From Paramecium tetraurelia (Eukaryota): a stretch of 64,000 bases of DNA. The notes below the pieces were generated by a model. That model was not told the origin of the DNA. It made no database searches and worked only from the letters and a program-made list of their open reading frames with translations. This document shows, in pieces, positions 14,913-30,863 of this stretch. Where the stretch lies: contig CT867985.1 of the NCBI GenBank assembly GCA_000165425.1, forward strand, positions 248,001-312,000, written 5' to 3'. The first letter of the stretch is position 1. The number at the start of each line of letters is the position of its first letter. The translations under genes were made by a program, and so were the position numbers.

Positions 14913-15830
14913 TCATTTTCTCCTTAGTGATTTCTTAGAGTCTTCTGTTTTCTTGGGTTAAGAGTTCTACTTTTTCTTCTAGATTTTTCATTTTAACTTG
15001 GTCTAAATCAATGATTTGAGTCATATATTTGATCTAAGATTGCAATTCAAGCTAAAGTTTGTGATCCTTTTAACTGATAAATATAATTTATACTTAAATT
15101 TTGGATTTTCAGTGCTTTTAGTAAGCAATTGTTGTTGCATTGTAGAGTTTTCACTTTATAAATATTCAATTGTACTTTTTAATTATTAGTTCTCTAAGTA
15201 TAATTTCTTGCCTTTCTTTTGTAGATCAGTAATCCTTTTTTCTTCTCTTGTAATAAAAATGATTATTACTGAAATTATTTAACTTTATTTTATAATAGAT
15301 AGCATTTGGTTTTGTACTTGTCTAGTTCAATCTAATCATATTGTTCTTTGTTCTATAATAAAACCTGATTTTCATTTTGTAAACGAACAATTTGTTTTTC
15401 AAGTTCTTAGATTTAAGTTTGATATTAGATCTCAGACAATTGGGATTTCTGAATATATGTATTCAATAGATTTTACATTAAATAGCTTTTCGTTTTCCAT
15501 GTGTCTTTATATGATTTCGCTAAGTTTGTTGTTTTCATTGATCTAATGGGAGTTCATCTTTTCTAATTGTGTAATTCTCTGTTTGAGAAAGGCTATTTCA
15601 TCCTTTTTAATGGTAGAAGTGGTGTTTAAAGTATTTTCTTTTTCTCTTGTGGTTTGATGTTATTGAGTGACATTCTTTCTGCATTGCATGAAATAATTCT
15701 GAACCTCTCCAGATGAGTTAAATTATTTGGAGATATTCCCTCCCATCATTGATTATGAGGCAGATCTCTATTAGGAAATGGGATTGGCTTGGAATACAAC
15801 AGGTCTTAGTTTCTCATAAATAGAAGTCAT
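14913..15830 (-). CDS. Coiled-coil hypothetical protein
   Basis: MTSIYEKLRPVVFQANP..EIAFLKQRITQLEKMN, rich in Q/E/K heptads. Confidence 0.65.
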
Positions 15831-15875
15831 ATAAAATTTAACGTATTTATTTATAATAATTAATTAAATTACGCT

Positions 15876-16530
15876 TCAATCAATTTTGATATATTTCGCA
15901 TTCATTACTGCAGGCAGCAATTCTTTATTAACTATAAAATCAGGATCTCGATGTAAGTACAATAGTTGTGTGTCCATAATCACTGGAAAAACATGCTCCA
16001 TTTTCTGTATGCTTTTCTAGTAAGCATCCTTTGGTCTTGAAATAGTAGCTATGTCAACTTCTTTTGAAGTGCAGAACCCGTAAATACTAGGGTGTTAAAT
16101 CAATACTTTCCTTCCACAAGGCAACAAATCAATTGATCTAATCGATAGGGAATTAGAATATACATCAGGAGTCTTTGATACTGACTGGTTACAGATCTCA
16201 TCGAACGAACAGTAATGCCTAAGAGACCCAAATAGAAGAGAATTCCCAGATATCCTCTATCTTGGTAATTGTATATCTTTTTAGCACTATAATAGGTGAG
16301 AAACCCTCCTAAGGCAGAGATCAAAATATAGTAATTTCTGAATCTGTTGAAAATCTAACTCTAATAAAGAGAGGATCTACCCTAAAATTATTGATTATCT
16401 ATAATACATTTTAGAAATTTAGGGGATTTTTTGGATGGTACAACAATTCAGCATCAGACCAAACATCTTTGGATTGTTAAGAGCAATTGTAGACGATTTT
16501 AGAGATGTTCCTTAAAGTTTTAGAGAACAT
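15876..16530 (-). CDS. Mitochondrial two-TM protein, TMEM70/186/223-like
   Basis: Presequence-like N-terminus, two TM helices, then RSIDLLPCGRKVLINT. Two introns. Confidence 0.6.
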
Positions 16531-16647
16531 TAATTAAGATTATTTCTTCCTTAAATTAAAATTTATATATTAATTTATGATAAAACTTAATCCTTTTATA
16601 TAATACTTTTTGTTTTGATGAGATTAATTAAATTATATATATAAATT

Positions 16648-17960
16648 ATGTCGAGTCTTAAGTCTTCAATTACAGTAGGAATATTTTAGTCTTTAAGTTT
16701 TTGTGGTCTAAGATAAAAAATTTTAAAAAATATCGCCTTTTAACCACCTAAGGTGAGTTATTCTCTGAAACCCAGATTGGAGGATTAGATGACAAAGAGC
16801 ACTTAAACAAATTCTTCTTCCTTATAAGTTATTGAATCAGAACACTAGAAACGATAGAAATCTAAATCCTATGATGATGAAAACATTCACCAATCGGGTT
16901 TATTGGATCTGGCAGAGGAAATCATGCAGTTTACAAGTGAAACTTCAAGTCCAATCAGATAAAAGTAAAGATAATAATAAGGGATAGAGTTTCTGAACCA
17001 GCATATGACTTTTATTTGATTGATGGATAGGGTTAGGAAATTCCAATTCCAAAATAAGAAAATTTGGAATTGACTGGATATTTCTTAAAAGGAAGAAAGG
17101 CACATCGAATAGCATCCCTATACTTGAAGTACTAATTTCCCGCAAGTGATTACGTGATGTTGTTCAGTCATCGGAATGCCAGCGATTTGGGTTACATGAT
17201 TGATACATTAATTGGTAACATTTATAATTTATTGTTCAAAGATCTTTGTAGCAATTTAAGAATAAATATATTTGCCTATGAATATTCAGGCTATGGACTT
17301 TCATAAGGGAAGTGTACGGATCTCAACATCATCAATAACATCTAAGTAGCATACGAATTCTTGGTTTCGTAACTGAACTTTGATCCGACCAAAATAATTG
17401 TTTATGGATACAGTATTGGATCAGGACCCAGTGTTATGTTGGTATCTGACATCGAATTCCCAGTGGGGGGTCTGGTAGTTCATTCAGGGTTGAGTTCAGG
17501 ATTGAGAGTGCTCAATAGCAAAATAAAATAGACTCCCTTTTATGATATCTTCCCGAATGTGGACAGAATTAAGGATGTGACATGTCCTGTATTTATAATG
17601 CATGGGAAGGAGGATGAGATTATTGATTTGCATCATGCTACTTTGTTGTCTAACAATTGTCAAAGGTTGTATGAATATTGGGAGGTTGAAAACATTGGAC
17701 ATTAGGGAATCGACACAAATGATGAGCATCGCAAAAACTATTTCTATAAGTTAAGAGATTTCATTAAATGTATATTTTGAATTTATATTATCAGTAATAC
17801 AACAGGAGAATTAAACAATCAAAGAATTGAAATAGAGAAATACTGCTAGTCCCAAATAATTTGGTTAACATAATCATTATTATGATAATAAAATACGAGA
17901 GTTTCATTTGAGTTGCAGGAAGGTGGAAGATTCAGAATAGTTTCCTAAAAAATTTCGTTG
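16648..17960 (+). CDS. ABHD17-like alpha/beta hydrolase (depalmitoylase family)
   Basis: Motifs IAFQPP, FSHRNASDLG, YEYSGYG, GYSIG and FPNVDRIKDVTCPVFIMHGKEDEII. Confidence 0.9.
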
Positions 17961-18059
17961 ATTTTTTTGTTATAATCAAAGTTTTGAATTAAATTTAATT
18001 TATTTTGTTTATGAATGAATTAAATATTATCCTTAAATTAATTAACATATATGATTAGT

Positions 18060-19388
18060 TCAATATTTATGATGACTTGAATCTCTGGTTTTATTGGGTA
18101 CTTTTGAAAACATGATGGGATTAGTATGTTGATTAAAATAATTTTATTATTTGAATCTATTTTGGTTTATTAACTTGATTTAATTAGTGTCATAGCCATC
18201 CACCGATATGTTCATTTTATTAGTTGAAACTGACCTCTCAATAAAGGCTGATCTCTGCGTTTGCAGGACCTATTGAAATCTCTATTACACATTGGTAGTC
18301 TTTTGTTTTGGAGAAATCGATATAATTCTATTGTCTAAAATCATATTATTCTTACCATCAAAAGTTGAGGATCTCTCCTTGTTATTGAAACTGTTGAGAT
18401 CAATCAATTTGATTGGAATAGGGTGATCTTTAAATATTATTTTGGACTTGATTCTTTAACCAACGCTTTGCAATTGTTGATTTAACCAGCACATCACCTT
18501 ATCAACCAAAGCAAAGTCTCTGGTTTCATTATGATCCTGATTGGTGTAATAGATTTACTTGATTCCTTGATAATTATTAAATAGTTTTTCAGTTTATTCA
18601 TGCGAGACTACTGAATCGATTATGGAAGTGATAAAAAATGCAGGTATTTTTATTAGCTTTAGATTATTTAAACTATAAAAACATTATTAAAATATGATTA
18701 CCAATTGATCTCATTCAATGTAAATCCGCATTGATTTTTGATTTCATCTGACACATAGGAGGATAGAGAGTTCAAAATGAAATTTGGAATTTTGGTCCTT
18801 TTGGAAGCCATCTAGACTACAATCTCAAATAGGATAATTTGAATACATCTTACAAACAAATAAAGGGACTGTCAAGAACCAAGCATTTTACAAATACATT
18901 TTGAAATTACTGCATATACAACAAAGCAACTACAGAACCCATCGATCTTCCCCATAATACTATTGCTTTGGCATATTGACTAATGTGTGTGATGACAGTC
19001 TGCAAATCATAAATCTCTCTATAACCATATGTGACTTGGTCTCCATCAGATATGCCACTGCCAGTAAAATCAAAAGTAAGAAACATATAGTTTTAATTCA
19101 AGATCTCGTTCACATATCTCAAGGCTTCCAATCTACACCCATTGGCTGAATGTAAATAAATGATGCAAACATCACTTTAAACATTACCTTAAAATAGAGA
19201 TACTTTTATTCTCTGCTGACAATGATTCACCAAATCGAAATCATTTCTAGTGTATGTTTAATCTTAAATAGGTCCTAAAGGTTTGATTGCTAATTATAAA
19301 TACCTAAATCATATTGTTGGTACTCCGCTCTAAGTGGCCGGATGATTTATGAACAAATTTAGTTAATTCCATTTTGAAAATATTTCAT
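18060..19388 (-). CDS. Alpha/beta hydrolase (YqkD/Hydrolase_4-like)
   Basis: Motifs IIRPLRAEY..DLGP, CIIYLHSANGCRLEA, FDFTGSGISDG and WGRSMG. Confidence 0.88.
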
Positions 19389-19986
19389 TAATATTATTAT
19401 ACTGTTAGATAACGATATCAAAACAACTCTAATTCTGGATGGCAATTGATCACTCCAAAATGGTATTTGCAAGGATTCTTTATTGAAACACACACAAGAA
19501 CTCTACTTTACTAATATAAGATATCTCGTAAAGAATTAGAATCACAATCTAAATAACCTTAATTACTGCCATTCCTGTTAAAAAGGTTATTAACTAAACT
19601 ACTTTTGACATTAAAAATAAATACTCCAGAAATATCTCACTAAGATAGTCTACATAATTTCTTGTTTAGCATTTCAAGATGGAGTTTAAAGAACAAAACT
19701 CCATTTATAAGAAAAAAGAAGAATGGTGAATATTTGAATGATCGATCTTGACTAATAGTTTACCATTGATACCATCTTCTATGAATAATCTTCTTTATTC
19801 TTCTGAGTTATATTTAAGCTTTCATTCTAAGATCTTTTAACTAAATCGTTATTATGAATGGACATCAATACTTATTTCATTTGTATTTCTGGCTCTTACA
19901 CTTCTTAACTATTGAGTAACCCAAATTCTAAATCTTGATAATATATTTGTTATATACATTTATTTGAAAAATAAATATCGACATCG

Positions 19987-22631
<2,645 letters not shown>

Positions 22632-22697
22632 TTTTCGAATTATCTTTTAAATAGTAAATTATAAACTTCAATTCATAAGTTAGTTAATAATATAATA

Positions 22698-23765
22698 TCA
22701 ATTGTTCCATTTAAGTAGTTTTCCATCAACCCATTCTCCTTCCTTTAGAATTCTGTTAGTTCCTTTGTATTACCCTTTTCCATGTTGTTTACCGTCTTTC
22801 CAATAACCTTTGTATACTCTTCCATCTGGCCAATAGAATTCTCCATATCCTTCCTTCTTATCATTCACATAGCCACCAACATAACGTCTATATATATTAC
22901 TTGATAGATTTACCTTCCATCTGACCAACTAAAGACTCCTTGACCATCCATTTAGTTATCCTTCCAATCTCCTTCGTATTCTCTATTATCTGCCCAAATG
23001 TAATGTCCTTTACCATGAATATTGTTATTAATGAATTCTCCAACGTATGAACTACCATCTGGCCAACTAAATCTTCCTTGTCCATGTTTCATACCATTAG
23101 TATAAGTTCCTTCAAACATAGAACCATCAGCCCACTTTTCTAATCCATTGCCGTGTTATTAGTCTTCATACCATTCCCCTTTATAAAAAGCTCCGTCTTT
23201 GTGACTGTAGACTCCAAAACCATGGGCTTTGTCATTTAACCATTTGCCTTCATAGAGATCTCCATCTGAATGAATCAGTCTTCCTTCTCCATTAGCTTTG
23301 TCTTGTAACCAATATCCTTCATAAATTGAACCATCAGCCCAAAATTGTTTTCCTCTCCCATGTCTGAATCCGTTCTTCCATTATCCATAGTAAAAGACAC
23401 TTGGTTCTATTTCAACTGGCCCATAGAAAGGTAGTGATTTAAATTCAAACGGTTCATTTTGATCGTAATTAAATGGTTATAACTAATCAATTAAGGGCTT
23501 GGTAAAAGCATTAGTAAAGTCTGGAATTGAATCCAATTTCTTTAAGTCTTGTCTACAATTATTACATCAATAACAACCTAATATGCTATTAGACTATGAA
23601 ACTAGCATTCTGAGATTTAACAGCACTCTGAGCTAACTTACTTTTCTAGGCCTGTTATTGTACATTTTCTTGATCTTCAAAGTTTGGCTTGTTCTTGAAG
23701 GGTCTCATTTATTCCCCTGCATGTTCATAAATAGATGGATCGTCACATGTAGCACAATTCCCCAT
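22698..23765 (-). CDS. MORN-repeat protein with N-terminal MGNC acylation motif
   Basis: MGNCATCDD, then repeats such as [28 protein letters not shown]. Confidence 0.92.
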
Positions 23766-23806
23766 AGAAATTAAAAATAACAGCAAAAATTTATTAATTA
23801 AATAAT

Positions 23807-24129
23807 ATGAGTACCGAAATAGATATATATAAGTAGGTCCAATTGTTGGTCTTCCATTTACATATTTCTACTTCGGCACTTTATTGGGTAATTCGTCATT
23901 CAAAAATAGATTGATGCCAGGAAATATCATCCATTTTTGAACAGGATTATTCATATAAGAACTTAATGAATTTATCAACAAAAATCAAGTAAGAAGTTCT
24001 ATATACTAATTCTTTAGGCTCTATCGATTCTGGAGGGCTTATCTGTAGTAGCTTTACTGCCCACAATCCTCAAATGGAAGTTGAAAGAATAGAATAAGAA
24101 GAGATTAACTTAGTATAAAAATTGAATGA
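23807..24129 (+). pseudogene. Truncated TMEM41/DedA (SNARE-associated/VTT) C-terminal relic
   Basis: Reads SPIVGLPFTYFYFGTLLG..LMPGNIIHF*TGLFIQEL..LSVVALLPTILKWK. In-frame TGA at 23938-23940, N-terminal half missing, and splicing the 22-nt intron shifts the frame. Confidence 0.65.
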
Positions 24130-24165
24130 TTAATTGTATAATATGAACAATTTAATCTATTATTT

Positions 24166-25018
24166 TCATCTTAAAGTTTAAATAAATGAGCTCACAATTT
24201 GTATAAATTCCTAAGGCTTTTCAGAATGGACCCAATGACCGCAATCCTAAATGAAATGTGCCTCCTTAAAATTAGGGAAAACCATTTTCATCTGATTAAC
24301 CGTCTAATTATTAACATATTGAGATCTATCTCCACAGATTACACAATGAGGACCTTTCCAATTAGCTGTTATGTCTGTTAAAATATTAGTTTAAAAATCA
24401 TTTAGTATCCCTTATAAATTAACCCTCCATTTAAAATCATATTAAATATCCTCTAATTAGTATATACGCTATATAATTACTTCTCATTATCGGTTGTTAT
24501 GATTATAAATTTGTCATTAATAATTAAGCAATTGATTTATTTTGAGAGGCTTCAAAAACTTTTTCCATTAATTGATTATAGGTGATTTGATTTAAGTTTA
24601 TTTAGATTAGCTTTTTCAGTAATTCATGGACATATGTTGATTGAACAGCTTTTGGCAATATATCGACGATAATTACTCCTTTCACTTTTTCTTAGACTTC
24701 TTTTTCATATTATTGTAGATATTTAAAAATAACTCTGCCACCCAAAGAATGTCCTAACAATACAACATCATTAATTCCTTTTATATAATCTGATAGATCT
24801 CCTGCCATTTCCCCTAAAGTCATAGACTGAGTATGTGGAGATTCCCCATGATTTCTCAGATCCAATAAATGTGTTGAATTGAGTTGACTAGTCCATAAAG
24901 GAGATTAAGAAACTGTCTTAAAATTGTTTTTAGATCCCATCAACCCATGTAGTATTACCAAATTCAAGTTAGAATTATGATAAAATTTCTAAATAGATGA
25001 TTATACTATAGAGGTCAT
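24166..25018 (-). CDS. ABHD11/YbfF-like esterase
   Basis: Motifs VILHGLMGSKNNF, LDLRNHGESPH, GHSLGG and GHWVHSEKP. Confidence 0.92.
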
Positions 25019-25084
25019 TATTTATCAATAATAAATTATAATATTAAGCAATTCTAATTCGCAATTTATTTGTAATATTTAACT

Positions 25085-28000
25085 ATGAGTCAGCTTAATT
25101 AGTAGAGTGTGATTATTTTGCTATTACTTTAAGCTTGACAAAAGTATTAAAAAAATTAATCAATCAATCTTATATAGTTTGAATAGACTGGGTTTCTGAT
25201 TATTTAGTATTAATTATGTTGGTGAATTCAAATATTCTTTAAGTTTTAAGATAATTTAATTTTATTAGTAAATTTATCTTGACTAATTGTTTCTTTTTGG
25301 TTTAATTGATTCATAAATAAATAATAATGTTAAATTAAACATTAAATGATGCTTAAATAGTGGCTGGTATTGACAATTAATAGCAGAAGGTAATTTACAT
25401 TTCTCTATTGTCTTAGAATCATTGTGTATATAATTGTGAAGTCTATCCGAATGGTGAAAAGCCACTATTATTAATGTGCACATAATATTTGGCTGTAGAT
25501 GATAAATTAAAATGGAATGTGTTTTTAAGTTATGTGCGCACTTTAGGTATCTAGGATTAACATCGATTAGGGCTGAAAGTGGACCGACAGTTCTATGCCA
25601 ATTTGCGAAAGATTTATGAACAGATATTCACTCATTGCTAAGAAGAAGATCTCATATTATTGGAGTCCTAGTTTGGTAAGCCTGCAGAAGGCTATCAAGA
25701 TAATCAATTATAAGAAATTTTCTTCATGTTTTCAAAATGTTCGCCTTTTAACAATGATGCTAGAACGGGAAGGTTTCTCAAGATTGGTGCTTAATTGGAG
25801 CCAGAAAATCTAGATGATAGGTCCACCGTTGTTGCTGTTCAATTATTCAGAAAGTTTTTTCTCTAATATGCTGATTATAACTTTAAAGTAAAGAACAATT
25901 TAAATTTCAGCAACCAAACCCATTTCACATAATTAAAAATAGCAACGCTATACATTATGATACTACAGTTGTTAGGGAGAAGATAGTTAATATATTGATA
26001 AAGAATGAAGACTTTTTAAATTACATTGAAAAACACACCTCACTTTTTTAGAGTCAATCCTTTTTTGATCAACAAAAGAAGTCAGATCTTTAGAAGGAGA
26101 TTTTGATGAAATTTCTGATTGAAAACACTGATTTACATCACTTCATAATTATGGTATATGATTTATTGAACAAAGTAACTGAAGGAGAATTCAATTCAAC
26201 TCTTATTCTAAAACATATATCCTTGTAAATTCTAGATCCCTTTATACATCCCCTTGCTTTGTCGATTTGTGACTTTTATGAATAAATTTTGGAAGAAGAA
26301 TATGAAGGTACAGAGGATGTCAAGTAAATGAAAGAGAAATATCTGCCGAAAATTACATTTCTCAATATGGATGGATATGATTCAGAATTCAATTACAAAT
26401 TGTTGGATAATTACTCAGATTCATGCCAATACATATCAGTTTTGGATGAAATGTTGGATAGTGACGATAAATCTTAAATGTTTGATTTGGTGACCAAGGA
26501 CAGAAATTGCTTTATGTAGGCCAAAAACTCTTATATCATTCCAATTAGATAGAGTCATAAATAAAAAAGATTAAATGATATGCATTTTAGACACATCTTA
26601 GATCTACTTGTTTATCCTTTGATCAAATCTTTCTAGCCTTAGGTTATTATTTTTAGTTACTCATTTGCATATTTTAATCAAGAATCTGATATCCAATTAT
26701 CTTCCAAATTATTTACAGAAATTACTACTCATTTGTCATTGATCAGTAATTACAAAGTCATTTTTCTACCTAGAATTTTATCATCTGGAGTATAAATTCA
26801 AGATCACAGATTTGAAATTGAACTCCTAAAAACTGACCATAAGAATATCCTATACTATTTGAATATTTATTTAACACACGCTTAGTAAAGTTTTAAGTTT
26901 TTACATCCATCTATTTAATAGAATTGTGAATTATCGCATTATGCAAATTATGCAATGAAAATAGTTAAGAGCAATAGTTTTTATGAAAAGAAAAAGTAAG
27001 GCAATATTACACATTATGTTTTAAATAAAGAAAAGGAAAGATATATGTTTGAAATATTGTCAGGCTTTCTTGAATCCTGTAGAAGTATCATATATTTGGT
27101 TATCTTTAGAATCCTACCTATAAGAAGTTAAGGATAAGGATAAGCGTATGTAAGATCCTAATCTGTAGTGTTAGGATCTATTACAATATAAGTTATCCTA
27201 TGCCAACCTGTTAGATAAACTGTATCAATTCCATCAGAAGCATCTATTCAGCAATTTATTTAAATCAACTTAATAACAAATCCATACTTATAAATTGTTG
27301 TCTAAATAGCATTAAAAAACATAAAGAAGAGAAGATTCCTAATTTGTTTCCTTTTTAGCATAAGATTTAAAAGATTACATTTATGTAATAGAGAATTTGG
27401 TTAACGGTATTATATCCTATTTATAATAGATGAACCTCAATTATTGTAAATATATCTAAGAAGATTATAATCTCCAGTTTATATACACAATAGACTTACA
27501 TAGTACTTTGTGAATTATAAATTGAAAACTATACTTTTTATTAACGTGTTATCATTCATTGATATTCGAGACATTGGAATTGTAAGATGTTTTTAAAAGC
27601 TAATAGATTCAAATAGGATTCATACTAAGTATGTTTGGTGAATTATGAATAATATCTAAACACTGTTCAGAAAACCAATTAAATTTGGGCAGAAATACAA
27701 GTCATCCATGAAACCACTGAGCCCCCTGTATTCTTTAGATCTCTGTGTTTTGATAAATTAAAGAATAACATATATTGTATATATGGCAAAGAGGCCAAGA
27801 ATAATACCCTATGTGATTCGATAGACACATACAATTTTGAAAAAGTATCTAATTCCTTCAATATTAGCAAACATATAAAACCATATATAGAGACAAAAAT
27901 ACAAAAAAGGAGAGTGACACTTATTTTGCCAGAGCATACGCTTCCTCGGCTGTATTCTCATTTGGCCAATAATAAAAGACTTGTTCTGAAGTGTGGACCT

Positions 28001-29719
28001 TTGGAGGATCATTTCTGTACGTATATCAAATAAAGTTAGAGGACATTATAATCAAGAATTCCAGAACATGGGATTTTGCAATTTAGTTGAAAGATTGTTC
28101 ATAAGTGAAGGGTCGTACCGATCTGAAAAAATCAATAAGGAATTAATAGTTCCATTATCTATGAGACCTATGTATGGATCCTTGATGCTAAGTGTGTAGT
28201 AAAATATTTTATTGAGATTCATAGAGACAACGATGAATCTGCTATCTTGATTATCGGTGGATCATAAAATGAACTACTTGTAAATATGGAATAATAAGAA
28301 TACATTGGATACAAATTTTAATAGATTGATAATCAATATTATGTGAGTGCCATCACTAATCGAGGGTAAAAGATAAATCCCATAAGTTTTTATTCGCAAA
28401 ACTAAAACATCTATTCAGTTCAAGATAAGATCTATATTTTGAATGATGCCACTCAAATATTAGGAAAATCCTATAGGTGGAATAATGAAACCAACGAATT
28501 AGAAGAAACTGATCCCTTTTCTCCTTATGGTATATTAAGCATAACTACTCTCAAAATTTCAAACAATTTATCTTCATAGGAGATATTTTAGAAAAAGAAA
28601 ATCTCTATTATCAGTATTGATGCCAAGAATGTCATCTTGAATGGCCCTTAAGTTGAATAGCCATTCGCTCAAATGCATAAGGCTATGAAATTCTTATATA
28701 AAGAATAAGATAATGTGAACTATTAAGCAAGAATTATATTTTAAGACAATAATAATAATGAGATAGTTGGTTTAATTAAAAATTTCTAATTAACCAGATA
28801 CATATATTTATATGTAAATATCAAATAAGATGAAAATGTACAATAAGGCTACCTAAAGCCATGTTCAATTTGTGTTAGCTATTCAAACAAAAGTCTTTAC
28901 TTGCTTACCACAAATATTGAAAATGGATTTGTCTATTTTACTATTTATAGTTATCAAATAAATCAATTGATTTAAGATATCAATTTGTCATTAAATAAAA
29001 ACAACACCAAATTAGTATTGAATGTGTATACCATTTTTGCTAAAGTTGTAATGCATCTACCAAATAATGTGGAAAAGATCTTCAAACAATTAACATGTGA
29101 CAATGAAAATCTATATTTGATAGGGGGATACATGGGACTTATTTATTAGTAAAATGACCTTGATTTGATATTACTTCAAGGATAGCAAACATATAAATAT
29201 CATAAACATATTGAAAATGGCAACAATAATAATTTCAAAATTCCCTTTGACAATCCTGAATAAAATTCCACATTCGGATAAAGCAATAAGTATATGTATG
29301 AATTTCCATATATTATTTGGACTGCTAAAGACCAAATTCTAATCATAGAAAAGGAATTTAAACAGAAGTTCTTTAGCGAAGTAATTGATCGAGTCCATCA
29401 TGATTTTAAAATTTGGATAACTAAATTTGAAATTTAAATGAACGAATCTTGGGAACAAGGAATTTTAGTTCTTCCATCCTTCTTACTTACTAAAGCATAT
29501 GTAGAGATGACATCCTAAGTTATCACTGATAAATTGAAAGAATAAATTTAACATAGAAAATTGGATTTGTTTCTATAAAATACAAATACTGAAGTAATTG
29601 TTATTATTAACTTAGTTTGAAACAATTGTGAAAATAGTCGATTACATCTCAATTGATTAACGAATAATATTGACATGTGCAGTACAAGTGTTAAATTTTA
29701 TCTAAATGCTGAGCTTTGA
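25085..29719 (+). CDS. Large (about 1,400-1,500 aa) protein with a degenerate HDAC-like domain and Kelch-like repeats
   Basis: Long code-6 exons. HDAC-fold-like segments at about 26130-26775 and Kelch-like RAYASSAV..VWTFGG and LIIGG at about 27720-28480. The 5' exons are uncertain. Confidence 0.65.
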
Positions 29720-30863
29720 ATTTTCACTCGAAAATTAAGAGGAGTATTTATTATAATACAAATACAATGGAACCCATTAATAACATTAACATGCTCGCAG
29801 ATACTCAGTTCCAATATTTATCCCCAAAGTTACACTCCTGGTGACAACTCAAAAATAAGCTGTTATCGAAGGGTATCAAATTTATGATCCTGTGAATGAA
29901 CATTAAACCATCAGATAATAAAACTAAAGCTAAATCATTGTAAAAATGAAAGAATAAATCAAAGTTTATAATCTAATCCCCTAAACCTGAAAATATCGAT
30001 TACAGATTTATTTATTTCAAACTTTATTCATTTCTTTATATTATCTTAATAATACTAATTCCTCAGAATCTAAGAAAGTTATTAAGGGAACCCTTTCCCA
30101 GAATCACAAATGATAATATATGAAATGTTATATTTGTCGAACTGTACTAAAAAATATTCGTGTTTGCCAATACTAACAACCGTAATTTAATATAAAATGA
30201 GTATTTCAAAAATTAGACCAAATTAAAGAGAGACCACTTAGAAAATGAAATTTTGCTACTCATAGATTTTACAATTTTATGGAAATGATCACATGTTAAG
30301 AAAGTTCAATCATAAAACACTTATTGTTATTATTGCAAAATTTACCTACTAACCACATTTTCTCTTAATGTGTATAAATTAAGCAAATTATTATTAGTTT
30401 ATTGATAGTAATAATAGTATACATATCGTTTAAGTAAATTTGCCAATCTTCTTTGATCGAATATACTTGTAAAATACAATTAATAATATATTATAGATTG
30501 TATAAATTATTTATTAAGACTGGCAAGCCTTAATTGAGAAAAAGTACTTTTATGCAAACCTTAAAGCATAATACATATTTATAAAATGAAATTTACTCCA
30601 ATCACATACTGATATTTAGGCAATTTTTATCCTTATTAATTATATAGGATTGATATAAAAATAAATATATTTTTTATTTCTTTTATAATTTCTTGATTTA
30701 TATATGAACGAATAAACTTAGGTTATATGTCTAAGTTTGCTTCAGTATGAAATCAAGTTTAGCCTTTTTACTTATAACATCTTAAATTTTTTATATAACT
30801 TATTTAAGAATTCAGATTTATCGTAAAATTCTGAAAAGTTTCTTGAATATTTGATCTGGCGTA

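Noticed and set aside
19679..19704. 9-bp inverted repeat ATGGAGTTT..AAACTCCAT upstream of PKG
   Set aside because: A single short hairpin is expected by chance in 64 kb of AT-rich DNA, and no ncRNA features accompany it.
23938..23940. In-frame TGA as selenocysteine or programmed readthrough
   Set aside because: The position is not a Cys or redox site in TMEM41-like proteins, no SECIS is evident, and the gene is otherwise broken.
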